NCBI RefSeq assembly: GCF_001194135.2
Contig: NC_068984.1
Location: 86,550,721 to 86,591,682 of the forward strand
Source of the DNA: Octopus bimaculoides
Taxonomy: Eukaryota
DNA: 40,962 nt
Reading direction: 5' to 3'
The position numbers were made by a program, and so were the translations under genes. Every line of letters begins with the position of its first letter. Position 1 is the first letter of the stretch. The notes beneath the pieces are model-generated. The model was not told the DNA's origin and did not search any database. It saw nothing but the letters and a program-made list of their open reading frames with translations. Of this stretch, positions 23,532 through 34,199 are shown one piece after another.

Positions 23532-26500
23532 ATGGAGCAAAATTCAAGCGATCCTGCTACAAATGTCAAGCCTCGGCGCGGGAGACCAAAGAAAAGTGAA
23601 AATGATAAGAATAAACATCACCACATTCGCCTTAGAAAGTCAAAACCCAGAGCAGTAAAAGTTATAGCACCAGCAGAGCCATTTATTCGTGTTAAAAAAA
23701 CTTCAACTATTACAAAGACAAATCTCAAGTCACAGTCAGATGCTACACAGACAGGCTTATCTATTTCATCTCCAGCTGAGCCCCATACACCAGCAGCTAT
23801 TAAATCAAATATTCACTCCCTAATCACTATCACTTCCCCAACAAATGGAACTAAGAAGCTACTGTTAGTAACAGACAAAACTTATCCAGCTGACTTCCAT
23901 TCTGTAAAAATTAACTGCAATGCATCTAATGTAACATCAAGTACAACAACAACAACCACCACCACATCAGTTGCTGATAACAATCAAATTTTATATCAAA
24001 TTTCCAATAATAAACCTGGAATGGTTATATTAACTACTGGTTCACAAACACAATCTAAAATGCAACCTAAACAATATTTACTCATTCCAACATCTGGTAC
24101 CAGCGATTTATCACTAATAAATCCCTCTCTAACAGCTATTTCATCAAGTCAAAACAAGCTAATTGCTTCTCAGGCAGCTAACCCAGCTGATCGAATTAAT
24201 CAGTCAGTAACATCTAATTCATCACCCCTTCATGATAAGATACTAGTCAAATCGGATTCATCTGACTCTGAAAAATTCTCTGGTGCACCTCTCCCAATAG
24301 CCACCAAAATGACTGTAGCAAATAAAGTAGGGAATTTACAAGAAACAAATGTGCATGTGAGAAAGCATGTCTCTATTTTACCAAAATCTGCAGAGAATGC
24401 AAGTGACTATGTTACTCAGTGTGCTAAACTGAGAGAATCTGTAGAGAACATCCGAGGAAATAGAGATATTACTGGAACATCAGAAAATTCTAAAATTATT
24501 ACAGGCAGCTGTAACTTAAAGACTGCCTGTTTAACACAGAAATGTCCTCCTTCAACTCTTGTAAACAATGGTATGAATTGTTCTCTATCTGAAAACAATG
24601 GTTCAAATCAACTAAAATGTAATTTTTCTTCTGTGGACATTGCTAAAACCTCTTTAAATTCACCAACAGTGCCTCATACGTCTTCTGGGTTAAGTTTTAG
24701 TAAGAGTGAATCCATTTCTCAAAAGAAGGTCGATCCTAAACGACCTTATGGTCCACGGGCCAGGAAATCCTTTCCAAAAGTATATGATATACCTGCTTCC
24801 ATAAAATCTACTGTTCCTTTCTCTCCAGTACAATTAACGAGCACTTCACAATCATTGTGGAGCATGGCACCCTCCAATTCCAGAATGAACTCCAGTTCCA
24901 TCCCAGCTTATTCTTTGCATTCCCCATCCCCAGAGTTTATTTCACAGACTAGTTTTATATCAGGCCACCCTCCAGTTCCTACTAGTATTACAGATTATAA
25001 ACAAACTTTATCAAATATTTTACCACACAGGAATGTAAGTATTAATCAGAACACTCTAGAGATTTGCAATGATTCTAATAAAGGCCCAATTCTTTCTCGG
25101 GACATGATAATACCTCCAGTACCTTCTAAACGTCAGATATATTCTTCTCCCCCAAAGCTAACGATTGCACCAGGTTTTTCCCCTGTTAAATCAAAACAAA
25201 AAAATTCAAATAAAAAGAAAAAATCCTCTTCAAACCTTCTGGTAATAAAAGAACGAGAAGAATTCTTTGATGATTGTACACCAACAAACGTTCCTGGAGA
25301 TATGAGTCCTCCTAAACTTGAACGAGAAGATGGATATGGTTTCGTACAAAGTGATCCCTATCCACCCAACTTACAACCTCAGTATCAAACAAACACACAG
25401 TTATCATCTACATTGCTTCAAAATCATACAGACAATATGACACCATCATTACCAGACCGTACAAGATATGCAGCAGGGCTTAAAAAGAATCGAAAATTGT
25501 CTTTCGGTAAATTATTTAGCTGTATGTTGGCTAAGTCATCCAAATATGGAAAATCTATAAACCACTATACTATTTTATTTGAAATAGCTCGAAGTATTCA
25601 CTGTTGTGTTGTATTGTCAGAACTTGGTTACTGTGGCTCTGTAGATTTAAACGATCTTCCATATAGACTTGTCACGTCTCTAAAATGTTCAAAAAGATGC
25701 AGGCAGCAGTTCATGAAAACAGCATCAAATGTTGGATCCTTACCTTTGTTTAAGCGTCCTTCTAATGGACCTTTCATAAAAGATGATAATCAAACGATCA
25801 AAAGTGAAAAACCAGCTTCTCTGCACTCAAGTAACTTAGATTACCCAACTGAATTTAGTGATAAAAACATTATACAGTCAGATAATCCTCAAATGAAACA
25901 TTTTTCAAGGAATTATGTTTCTTTGATAAAGCAATCAGAACTGAGAAGTGAAAGCTTTATTCATGGTCCTGTGATGAAACCACAATTTTATGGCAATCCA
26001 GGTGTGCCAAATTCTTCCCAGACTTTTAATACTCATTCTCAAACTCTAGATACAGAACATAATTATTTTAAATTATCTAATGACAAAATAACAGCAAATT
26101 ATACAAACTCGTATGCAGATATAAACAAGGAAAGCTTGCCAATTTTCAATAATAATTGTGGTAATGAAAGTGTGCCAAATTCACTGAACACATTTTCAAA
26201 AGCAACAAATAATGCTGCTTTGAGTTCCAAAGCAGCAATATCAAATACTGGTGCCTTGATAACACCATCACCACTACCACCACTACCATTTTCTACTGAA
26301 AACAGCATTATTGGTAAACTGAAATATGAAATAGTTCCAAAAGAAAAATTTCTCTCTATGAATAGCAGTTCTAATATGATTCCAGTTACAAAGAATCAGA
26401 ATGATGCTTGTAAAAATGGAATTCTCAAAGGCAACTCCAATAATCAGTTGGTTCCTATGCCAAGGAATTTGGGATATAAAAATATAGAAGGTTTAGCGAA

Positions 26501-28712
26501 AACAACTATTTCACAGCAAAGGAATATTTCTTGTCTTACAAAATGTCCTGAACAGTTACTGTTACCATCAAAAAGTGAGATTATCATAAAAAAGAAAAAG
26601 ATTGGGAAAAATAATATTGAGAGAAAACGGAAAACTTTTGATGAGAAAATGCAGCTGTTAAAAGAAAATGAGTGTTTCATGAATAACACCATTAACTCAG
26701 CTTTAACAAATAATCTAATGTCAAAATTAACCATTAAGAAAAATATTAAGAAACAGTCTAATTATGAACATGCTCCTTCTTTAGAAGAAGTGAAATCCTT
26801 TAATAATGAACCAACTACTACTGATCGTGTTGTTATGCTTGATCCCAATGACAGGCTAATCACACGAAAAAAATCAGAGAAAGAAAGAAAAGTTCCTAAG
26901 AAAAGGGGACGCCCTCCTAAAGACCGTTCCTTAAAGCTTTCAGAGAAACCATGTGTAAAAACTCAGTTTGGTAAGCCATTATTAAAAAGAAAAAGGAAAA
27001 AGGCTAAGCTCCAAAAGGTAAAGTCTTCTGGTTCAATGAATTCATTGATCATAGAAATCCAAGAGAAACTAACTCGAAATCAGGGAAACATATCAAAAGA
27101 TATTAAACCAGTTCTTCAGTGCCCAAAGAAATCGAATATTCAAAATATCATTGATGCTATTTATATGGCATCATCACGTAAGAAAAAAGTTCGGCTAAGT
27201 CTGAGTTCTTCAAAGTTGAATAGTGTTTGTAAGAAACGTGTCAATTGGAAAAAAATAGCTCGGCAGCCTTTCAAAGATCATGACTTTACTGAAAATAGTT
27301 TTGATATAAAATCTAAGACTGCCAGAAAACTTATATCAACGACTGTGAGTAACTGCAGTTCGAATCCAAATTTTGTAACTTGTAAAACTGAATTGAAAGA
27401 TACACTGGATATAAAAAACATTTGCACTGATTTAATTAATACCCAGAAAATAAATGAATACCAAACCTCTTTGAATAGCTTCTCCACCCTAAGTAATTCT
27501 TCAACAACTGTTTCTAGTCCTCCTGGCCGTAAAAGAGGGCGTCCAGCAAAATTAAAAGTACGGCCAGTTTCTGAGACTCTAAATTATGACCATACTTATC
27601 AGACTGGAATACCTCCCTGTGATAATAGTCTCTTGAAAAACTCTTCTGCCAGACACAACATTCTGCAAGTATCAAAAAAATCTTTCAGGAGAAGAAAATC
27701 CTCAAAACGACGTGGTAAATATCGTTTATCTACACAGACAACCAGACTAGCAGGAATGGATACTAAAGTCCCTTCTCATAATTCAGTATCACTCATGGAT
27801 GATCATTCCAGTAATTTACAAACAGATATGGAAGCTACAGAAGAAATCAAATTACCATGCTTGAGAAAGAAAAGAAAAATAATAGCTCAAAATAAAGCAT
27901 GGAAAAAAAGGAAGAAAACTTCTAAGATTCATTCTAAACACTCAAATGATGTTCTTGAACTACAAGTTAAGTGTCCATGTGGCACAGATGGAGAAAATAT
28001 TACCAATGAAGCAAAATTACCTCTTACAACGGGTTCTCTACTTTCATGCAGTAATATGATAAAGGAATGTGTTAGAGATAATGTAGATGAGGACAAAATT
28101 ATAAAGGAACCATCAGTAGAATATGATGTTCTCTCAGAAAATAATATATTTAAGAAACATGATTGTGAAAAGGCATTTGATAATGTAACAGAGCTCCCAC
28201 TGAGCTCACTTGTACCCATTTTAGTTAATAATAGTTCAGATGTAATAAAATCAGTCCCCTCAAAATCTGTATCCTTACAACAACCACTTTCACCATCCTT
28301 AGACTCTACAGAATGTGATAATTTTTCTGAATCAAATATGTCACCTTTTTCTAAAACAAGCCAGGCTTCTATGTATTCTCAAGATGACTTAGAACAAACT
28401 TTTGCTTCGAGTGATGTGACAGAAGTCTGTCATCCTTGTGGTAATTCCCCAGATGATACTGAAAATAACCCCAAGTCTTCTCTTTCTCAGCCTTCTCCTG
28501 TAAATCTTTCAGCAAATGACAATTCATTCACAACACAACCTAAGTATTCCGAAACTGATCAAGAAGCAAATATTACTCGTACACACCATAGTGCCTTACT
28601 GAATAAGTTTAATGTGGGACTCAGCCCGGAATTAGCTCGAATCCAACGTCTTAAAGACAAATTGGAGCAACAGAAAAAAACAATAGATATAGTTAAACAA
28701 AAATTAAGTTAA
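23532..28712 (+). CDS. Large single-exon AT-hook-containing nuclear/chromatin protein (1726 aa), orthologue not identified
   Basis: Uninterrupted 5181-nt ORF in AT-rich DNA. Strong acceptor tttttttttccag ends at 23506; in-frame TGA at 23514-23516 precedes the ATG. AT-hook cores RRGRP (~23568-23594), KRGRP (~26898-26921), KRGRP (~27528-27551). Many K/R clusters, S/T/N/P-rich disordered tracts, C-terminal ELARIQRLKDKLEQQKKTIDIVKQKLS. Confidence 0.9.
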   Translation: MEQNSSDPATNVKPRRGRPKKSENDKNKHHHIRLRKSKPRAVKVIAPAEPFIRVKKTSTITKTNLKSQSDATQTGLSISSPAEPHTPAAIKSNIHSLITITSPTNGTKKLLLVTDKTYPADFHSVKINCNASNVTSSTTTTTTTTSVADNNQILYQISNNKPGMVILTTGSQTQSKMQPKQYLLIPTSGTSDLSLINPSLTAISSSQNKLIASQAANPADRINQSVTSNSSPLHDKILVKSDSSDSEKFSGAPLPIATKMTVANKVGNLQETNVHVRKHVSILPKSAENASDYVTQCAKLRESVENIRGNRDITGTSENSKIITGSCNLKTACLTQKCPPSTLVNNGMNCSLSENNGSNQLKCNFSSVDIAKTSLNSPTVPHTSSGLSFSKSESISQKKVDPKRPYGPRARKSFPKVYDIPASIKSTVPFSPVQLTSTSQSLWSMAPSNSRMNSSSIPAYSLHSPSPEFISQTSFISGHPPVPTSITDYKQTLSNILPHRNVSINQNTLEICNDSNKGPILSRDMIIPPVPSKRQIYSSPPKLTIAPGFSPVKSKQKNSNKKKKSSSNLLVIKEREEFFDDCTPTNVPGDMSPPKLEREDGYGFVQSDPYPPNLQPQYQTNTQLSSTLLQNHTDNMTPSLPDRTRYAAGLKKNRKLSFGKLFSCMLAKSSKYGKSINHYTILFEIARSIHCCVVLSELGYCGSVDLNDLPYRLVTSLKCSKRCRQQFMKTASNVGSLPLFKRPSNGPFIKDDNQTIKSEKPASLHSSNLDYPTEFSDKNIIQSDNPQMKHFSRNYVSLIKQSELRSESFIHGPVMKPQFYGNPGVPNSSQTFNTHSQTLDTEHNYFKLSNDKITANYTNSYADINKESLPIFNNNCGNESVPNSLNTFSKATNNAALSSKAAISNTGALITPSPLPPLPFSTENSIIGKLKYEIVPKEKFLSMNSSSNMIPVTKNQNDACKNGILKGNSNNQLVPMPRNLGYKNIEGLAKTTISQQRNISCLTKCPEQLLLPSKSEIIIKKKKIGKNNIERKRKTFDEKMQLLKENECFMNNTINSALTNNLMSKLTIKKNIKKQSNYEHAPSLEEVKSFNNEPTTTDRVVMLDPNDRLITRKKSEKERKVPKKRGRPPKDRSLKLSEKPCVKTQFGKPLLKRKRKKAKLQKVKSSGSMNSLIIEIQEKLTRNQGNISKDIKPVLQCPKKSNIQNIIDAIYMASSRKKKVRLSLSSSKLNSVCKKRVNWKKIARQPFKDHDFTENSFDIKSKTARKLISTTVSNCSSNPNFVTCKTELKDTLDIKNICTDLINTQKINEYQTSLNSFSTLSNSSTTVSSPPGRKRGRPAKLKVRPVSETLNYDHTYQTGIPPCDNSLLKNSSARHNILQVSKKSFRRRKSSKRRGKYRLSTQTTRLAGMDTKVPSHNSVSLMDDHSSNLQTDMEATEEIKLPCLRKKRKIIAQNKAWKKRKKTSKIHSKHSNDVLELQVKCPCGTDGENITNEAKLPLTTGSLLSCSNMIKECVRDNVDEDKIIKEPSVEYDVLSENNIFKKHDCEKAFDNVTELPLSSLVPILVNNSSDVIKSVPSKSVSLQQPLSPSLDSTECDNFSESNMSPFSKTSQASMYSQDDLEQTFASSDVTEVCHPCGNSPDDTENNPKSSLSQPSPVNLSANDNSFTTQPKYSETDQEANITRTHHSALLNKFNVGLSPELARIQRLKDKLEQQKKTIDIVKQKLS

Positions 28713-28827
28713 ATATAAAGTATAAATAATATTCATAATTGTTTTTTCATTTCTCAGCTCATAAGACAAAATTACCAATGCAACTATCATTTAATGTAAT
28801 AATAATGGTTTATATCAAACCGTAAAT

Positions 28828-28833
28828 AATAAA
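28828..28833 (+). terminator. Candidate polyadenylation signal AATAAA
   Basis: AATAAA ~115 nt after the stop codon, followed by a T-rich tract (~28840-28853). Confidence 0.35.
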
Positions 28834-29652
28834 TTTAACTTTTTTTTTTTTTAAAAACCAAAGGTTGAAGATAACTTGGCTTTCTTGTCATCATCATGTT
28901 TTTGTTGTTATCATTATAAAGGTGGTGGATTGGCATATCAAACTAAATAGCTTTCAATGTTTAGTTCTACCCCCTCTACATTCTGAGTTCAAACCCATCA
29001 GTCAACTTAGCTTTCATGATTCTAAAATTGATATGCACCTATTTATGTGCTGGGTTACAAATTTGTGGCCTTGTGCCAATGAAAGAAATCACCATCATCC
29101 TTGTCTTTATCATCAGCATCATCATCATGGTGGAGGCAACTGAGTTAATAGTCTATATGTGTTACAGTATGTAGTTTTGTTTCTTTCAATTCCTAGCTCC
29201 TCTCCTACTAGGATCAACTTTGCTTTTCCTCCCCACTGGATTGACAAAATAAGTAACTCATAATATATTGGATTCTATTTAATCAGCTCTTTTCCCTTGC
29301 AAAAATTATCCTTGTGTTCAGTCAAAAGATAACACTTGTTATTTTCCAAGTTGGCAGAAGCAGTAGAGCAACATACTAAGTATCTTCGTTTATTTACATA
29401 GTACTAAGTAAGAATATACCCTGGACAACTCTTATTGACTCTATTACAAATTTGCATTCTGTGACCAATTTGAAATAAAGCACTATCAGGATTGGTAGAT
29501 CAGTGAATAAAATACCTCATGGTATTTACTTAGGTATCTTTTTGTTTTGAGTTCAAATCCTGCCAGTTTCATTTATTGCTCTAGTAGCTGCAGAAAAAAA
29601 TCAAGAGATGAGGAAGTCAACTTAAATGCTTTACATTATTTAGTTCAGTAGA

Positions 29653-29862
29653 GGGGGGTTAATTAGCAGATTCATTAGAACATGAAACAGAAGTTTTGTG
29701 TTGTTCTGGGTTTTCACATTCTGAGTTCAAATCCCACCGAGACTTAACTTTGCTTTGTATCCCTCCAGGATCAATAAAATAAAGTACCTGTCAAGTACTT
29801 GAGTCAATATAATTGACTGTCTCTCTTCCAATTCCTGGCCTTGATCCTATGTTAGAAATTGT
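29653..29862 (+). mobile_element. SINE family B, degenerate (further fragments ~28860-29530)
   Basis: ttctgagttcaaatcccaccgagacttaactttgc...aaaataaagtacctgtc. Confidence 0.6.
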
Positions 29863-30612
29863 TTAGTTCATTGTCCTAGGTTTCTCTGTTCAGATCCCAT
29901 CAGCATTGGCTATGCCTCTCATCTATAGAGTAAATTTGATTCCAGCTGTACATCCTCCATTCATATATCATTGGTTTGGTTCACAGTCATAGGAAGTTAT
30001 TTTTATTTTGTAAAGGCCGAGTTGGTATAACATAGAGGTAAGCTTCTTAATATTGATCCATAACCTGGTTTAAATCCTAGTCAGGGCTGTTTCACTTCAT
30101 TTACATTGCTAATGTTTTTGGGAAAGGCATACGTGGTACAGTTTCCCCACTCTAAAATTCTCAGGCTTTAAAACAATGTAAGAAATTATTACTAATAAAG
30201 AAGTCATCATTATCTTCATCAATATTTTATTATTAGCATTACTACTATTATTACTACTACTTATTATCCTCTTACTTCCATGTATTTATTTGCACAATTA
30301 AAATTACTTTCGAAATCTTTTCAATATACATGTATGAATTTAATGAAAAGATTTACACATTCTTCAGAATCATCAGAAAACAACTTCTTCAATTACATTT
30401 TATTCAATAAATTTTATCAAATTACAGTTGATCATCCTATAATTTTCTGTTTGATTTATTATTTCAAATTGTCTTTGTAAAAATTAAGATCATCTATCCA
30501 AAAATATCTCTCTAATATTGAAAATTAGAAAATAACATAACTCAGCAAATTGAATTCTTATTTTGTGAAATGAAATTTCCTAAATTTTTATTTTTAATTC
30601 CTTTTCAACCTG

Positions 30613-30955
30613 TAGGCGCAGACATGGCTTTGGGTTCAGTCCCACTACATGGCACCTTGGGCAAGTGTCTTCTACTATAGCCCCCAACTGACCAAAGCTT
30701 TGTAAATGGATTCAGAAGATGCAACCTGAAAGAAGCCCATCATATGTAGATATATATATATGTGTTTGTCCCCTCCCACCACTTGACAACTGGTGTTGGT
30801 TTGTTTATGTCCCTGTAACTTAGCAGTTCGGCAAAAGTGGCTGATAGAATTAGTACCAAACTTCAAAAAAATTACAACTGGTATTCATTTATTTGACTAA
30901 ACCCTTCAAGTCAGTGCTCCTGACTTGTCCAGTGACTGCAACAAGTATAAGATAA
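30613..30955 (+). mobile_element. SINE family A copy
   Basis: gggttcagtcccactacatggcaccttgggcaagtgtcttctactatagcc... plus tail. Confidence 0.75.
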
Positions 30956-31221
30956 AGCATCAGACATTTATCTTACAGTGGTAATGACATACTAATTGCA
31001 AATTAGCAGTTAAATGCAGCAAGTGTATACCTTACCATGTTTTTATCCAATTCTCTTTTTTTTAAACCAGCAAGTATACAGTATTTTAAGTTTACCTAAT
31101 GATTCTCTCATTAATGCATCTGTAAGTATGGTGAAATGTTTGCTGATGAGGTCATAATAATGCTGAAATATGTTTGAATTATACAGTTCTATATTTAAGA
31201 GATGAGGAATTATTTACATAT

Positions 31222-31436
31222 GCCCACAGGCATATGGTTAAGAGCGCGGGCTACTACCCCCAAGATTCCAAGTTCGATTCCAGGCAGTAACCTGAATAAT
31301 AATAATATCAAAAAATGCCTTAGGAATGAGAACCCAGGTTTGAAATTTCCCCAAGACACCTGCTGGAGGTTATATCAACCAAAATGTTAACAACAAACAA
31401 GATGAGGGCAAATATCCGTCAAATGTAAATAATGTT
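31222..31436 (+). mobile_element. tRNA-derived SINE family E
   Basis: Head gcatatggttaagagcgcggg...agttcgattccagg with B box; (aat)n linker; distinct 3' part. Confidence 0.55.
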
Positions 31437-32572
31437 TGAATTATCTTCCATACTTGCTAAAAATAAGAAAACTATTAGTCTTTGGCTAATATTTTTTTCC
31501 TCACCACATAATTATTTCTAGTTAGCATGTTAATACTCTCAAGATTAAATATGTTAAACATTTACTTCAGTGTATGTTCTTGTTAACAATATTGTAGCCT
31601 ATTTTAGGAAACTTTCTGATGATTTTCTTTAATAAATTTAGTTTTTGTTTAGTTTTTAAAATTTATTTGATTTTCACTCTTTATAAATTACTCTTCTATC
31701 ATTTTTGTTTTAATTCAAATTACACTTACATTATTCAAAACCTCTAATATTGGATTTGTTTTGATTTTTAGAATACTTTAGTTTATACAAAACTAAACAC
31801 TGAAGGAAAGTAAATGTGAACATAAGAAGTTAATGGCATTTTATGTGCAAGAACTTTATTTTTTAGCATTAAAAAATTTTCCTGTTAAATACAAGCAAAC
31901 TTAAATGCTAAATATTGGAGTTGCGTTAAGTATTGTCTTTTAATGAAGTTGTATAACAATAGAAGTTTCTTATATATTTGATGAATCAGCTAAATGTTTA
32001 CTTCCTATGTCTTTAAAAACTGGTGTTTAAACAGCATACATATACTAAGTATGTGGTGTTATTAATGCTTACATCATAAAGCTTTTTCTATTGCATAATC
32101 TGAATTCTCCTTGTGCAGTGCCATTGCAAATCAGCCAATAATTTTTATACAATCTGTATATACTTCAGGCTGGATATTTTTATTTCATTTTGAAAGTGAC
32201 TTAAGTTTGGTATATTGATAAGCTGAAATTACATGAAATACATAACTAAGCACTGTCATATTCGCTTCTGGGGCAATTTCATTTCACCTAGCTTTGAAGT
32301 ATATTGTGTTTTTTAACATATTTAAAGGGATTTTTCCTGGACAATAAACTGCAGCTCCTAGCATTTAAACAACACACAGAGCTTAGGTATGTGGTATCGG
32401 TAATGTTTATCTAATCATTCTGTTTTTATGTAATCTTCATACTAACTGCATTTTGGTCTTCCCTTATATAATAACTGTCTCATCAAAAAAAAAGATATCA
32501 AGAAATTTCACCTTTTCAAGCAGTTCCAATGATTAATTTGCACATAGAGGTGCTTTTGATTTCCAGAGTTAC

Positions 32573-34199
32573 TTCTGATTTTGTCCAGACCAGTTAGGAT
32601 CATCAATGATGGGACCTGGTATTTTGCAGTTTTCTGGCAATACATAAAAGTTAGTGTGGAGACCTGTGAGCTATGTTCAAAATTTTAAAATACTGCATTG
32701 TAACATAGAGTTACAATGCAGCATTATAAAATCATCATCATCATCGTTTAACATCCGCTTTCCATGCTAGCATGGGTTGGACAATTTGACTGAGGACTGG
32801 TAAACCAGATGGCTGCACCAGGCTCAGTCTGATCTGGCAGAGTTTCTACAGCTGGATACCTTTCCTAATGCCAACCACTCCGAGAATGTAGTGGGTGCTT
32901 TTACGTGCCACCGGCACGAGGGCCAGTCAGGCAGTACTGGCAACGGCCACGCTCAAATGGTGTTTTTTACACACCACCTGCACAGGAGCCAGTCCAGCAG
33001 CACTGGCAATGACCTCACTTAAATGTTTTTTTAATGTGCTACCGGCTCAAGTGCCAGTAAGGCAACGCTGGTAACGATCACACTCAAATGGTGCTATTTA
33101 CGTGCCACCAGCACAGAAGCCAGACAGCTGCTGTGGCTATGTATTTTTCGGTTCAGAGTTAAATCGAGAAAACAATTTTGTTGTTAGTTAAGATTCAATT
33201 TATTGAATGAGCAAACTTTAGAAAATCTTGAGGTTTGTAGAAAAATTCATTTAAATAAAAAATATCCTTGATAGAGCCATGTTTCCTAGTATTTTCTCTT
33301 AACCTGTTAAAAATAGTGAAATCTTCCGAATTACAACCCTTCTTGAAAAGGAAAGGAAGTACTAAATAATGTAGTTCTAGATGCACGGTGCCCAAGAGAA
33401 ACATGAGAATCAGTGTATAGCTGCAGTTAAACAGCTTCATAATCTCTGGTCTTTCAAAAAACCACAGAGGCCAGTCACTGCCCTAAATTACAAACAGTTT
33501 GTGATCCTTTTACAAAGCAAAAGTAAGCTGCACTTTAAAAGTACTGCTCACGTGTTTGAGACTGTGCTGTTGCTGTACATACAAATATTCTAGATCATAT
33601 CTCCTACACATTTCTGCTACTCATACTACTACTGCTATTGTCTAAGTTTCCAAACTTTATACCAGAAGTCTTCAAAAGGTTTTCTACAGGACATTGGTGT
33701 ACTTCAATGCACCTAGATTTTTAAAAAAATTAAGACTAGAAAATGCATTCCAATATTTGAAATCTGTTATAATTTTGCTAAGCTCAAGTATGATTAATAA
33801 AACAAGGTAAGTTATAGTTTTCTGTATCTTCTTGGAAATTTAAAACTTTATTTTTAACTTAGCATGCAAAGTGAACAACAGGGAAATAGATATGAGATAT
33901 AGAAGGTGGGAAAATGCAAGCATGGACTACAAATATGCCATTTGTGAAACAATATAGGAGACCTGATACAAGAAATAATTTTTAATGGATAATCAACATT
34001 ACCTTTACAAATTTGGAGAAAGTAGTCTTGTTGAAAATGAGAGGCATTGATGTCAACAACTTCGGTTAATGATAGTTATACAAGCAGCATATGAAAAGTC
34101 AATGCAGAGGATTGGAATTAACAATACATTCAATATAAGTCTGAATAGAAAGTGTACGCAAGGGTTCGGTTTGCAGCCTCCTCCTTTTACTTCATCCTT
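32573..34199 (-). CDS. Candidate minus-strand exon chain (34199-34158, 33341-33304, 32632-32573), product unknown
   Basis: Strong acceptors (aattacttcag|, ctttccttttcaag|, cactaac...tattgccag|) and compatible phases give KDEVKGGGCKPNPCKGCNSEDFTIFNRNCKIPGPIIDDPNWSGQNQ. Donors are weaker. Confidence 0.25.
32732..33135 (-). mobile_element. 5'-truncated copy of the RTE-type 3'UTR
   Basis: Starts (cat)n-gtttaacatccgctttccatgctagcatgggttggac; closely similar to 36785-37250. Confidence 0.8.

Noticed and set aside
24416-28219. Antisense ORFs within the large CDS
   Set aside because: Expected shadows of a long coding sequence; no independent signals.
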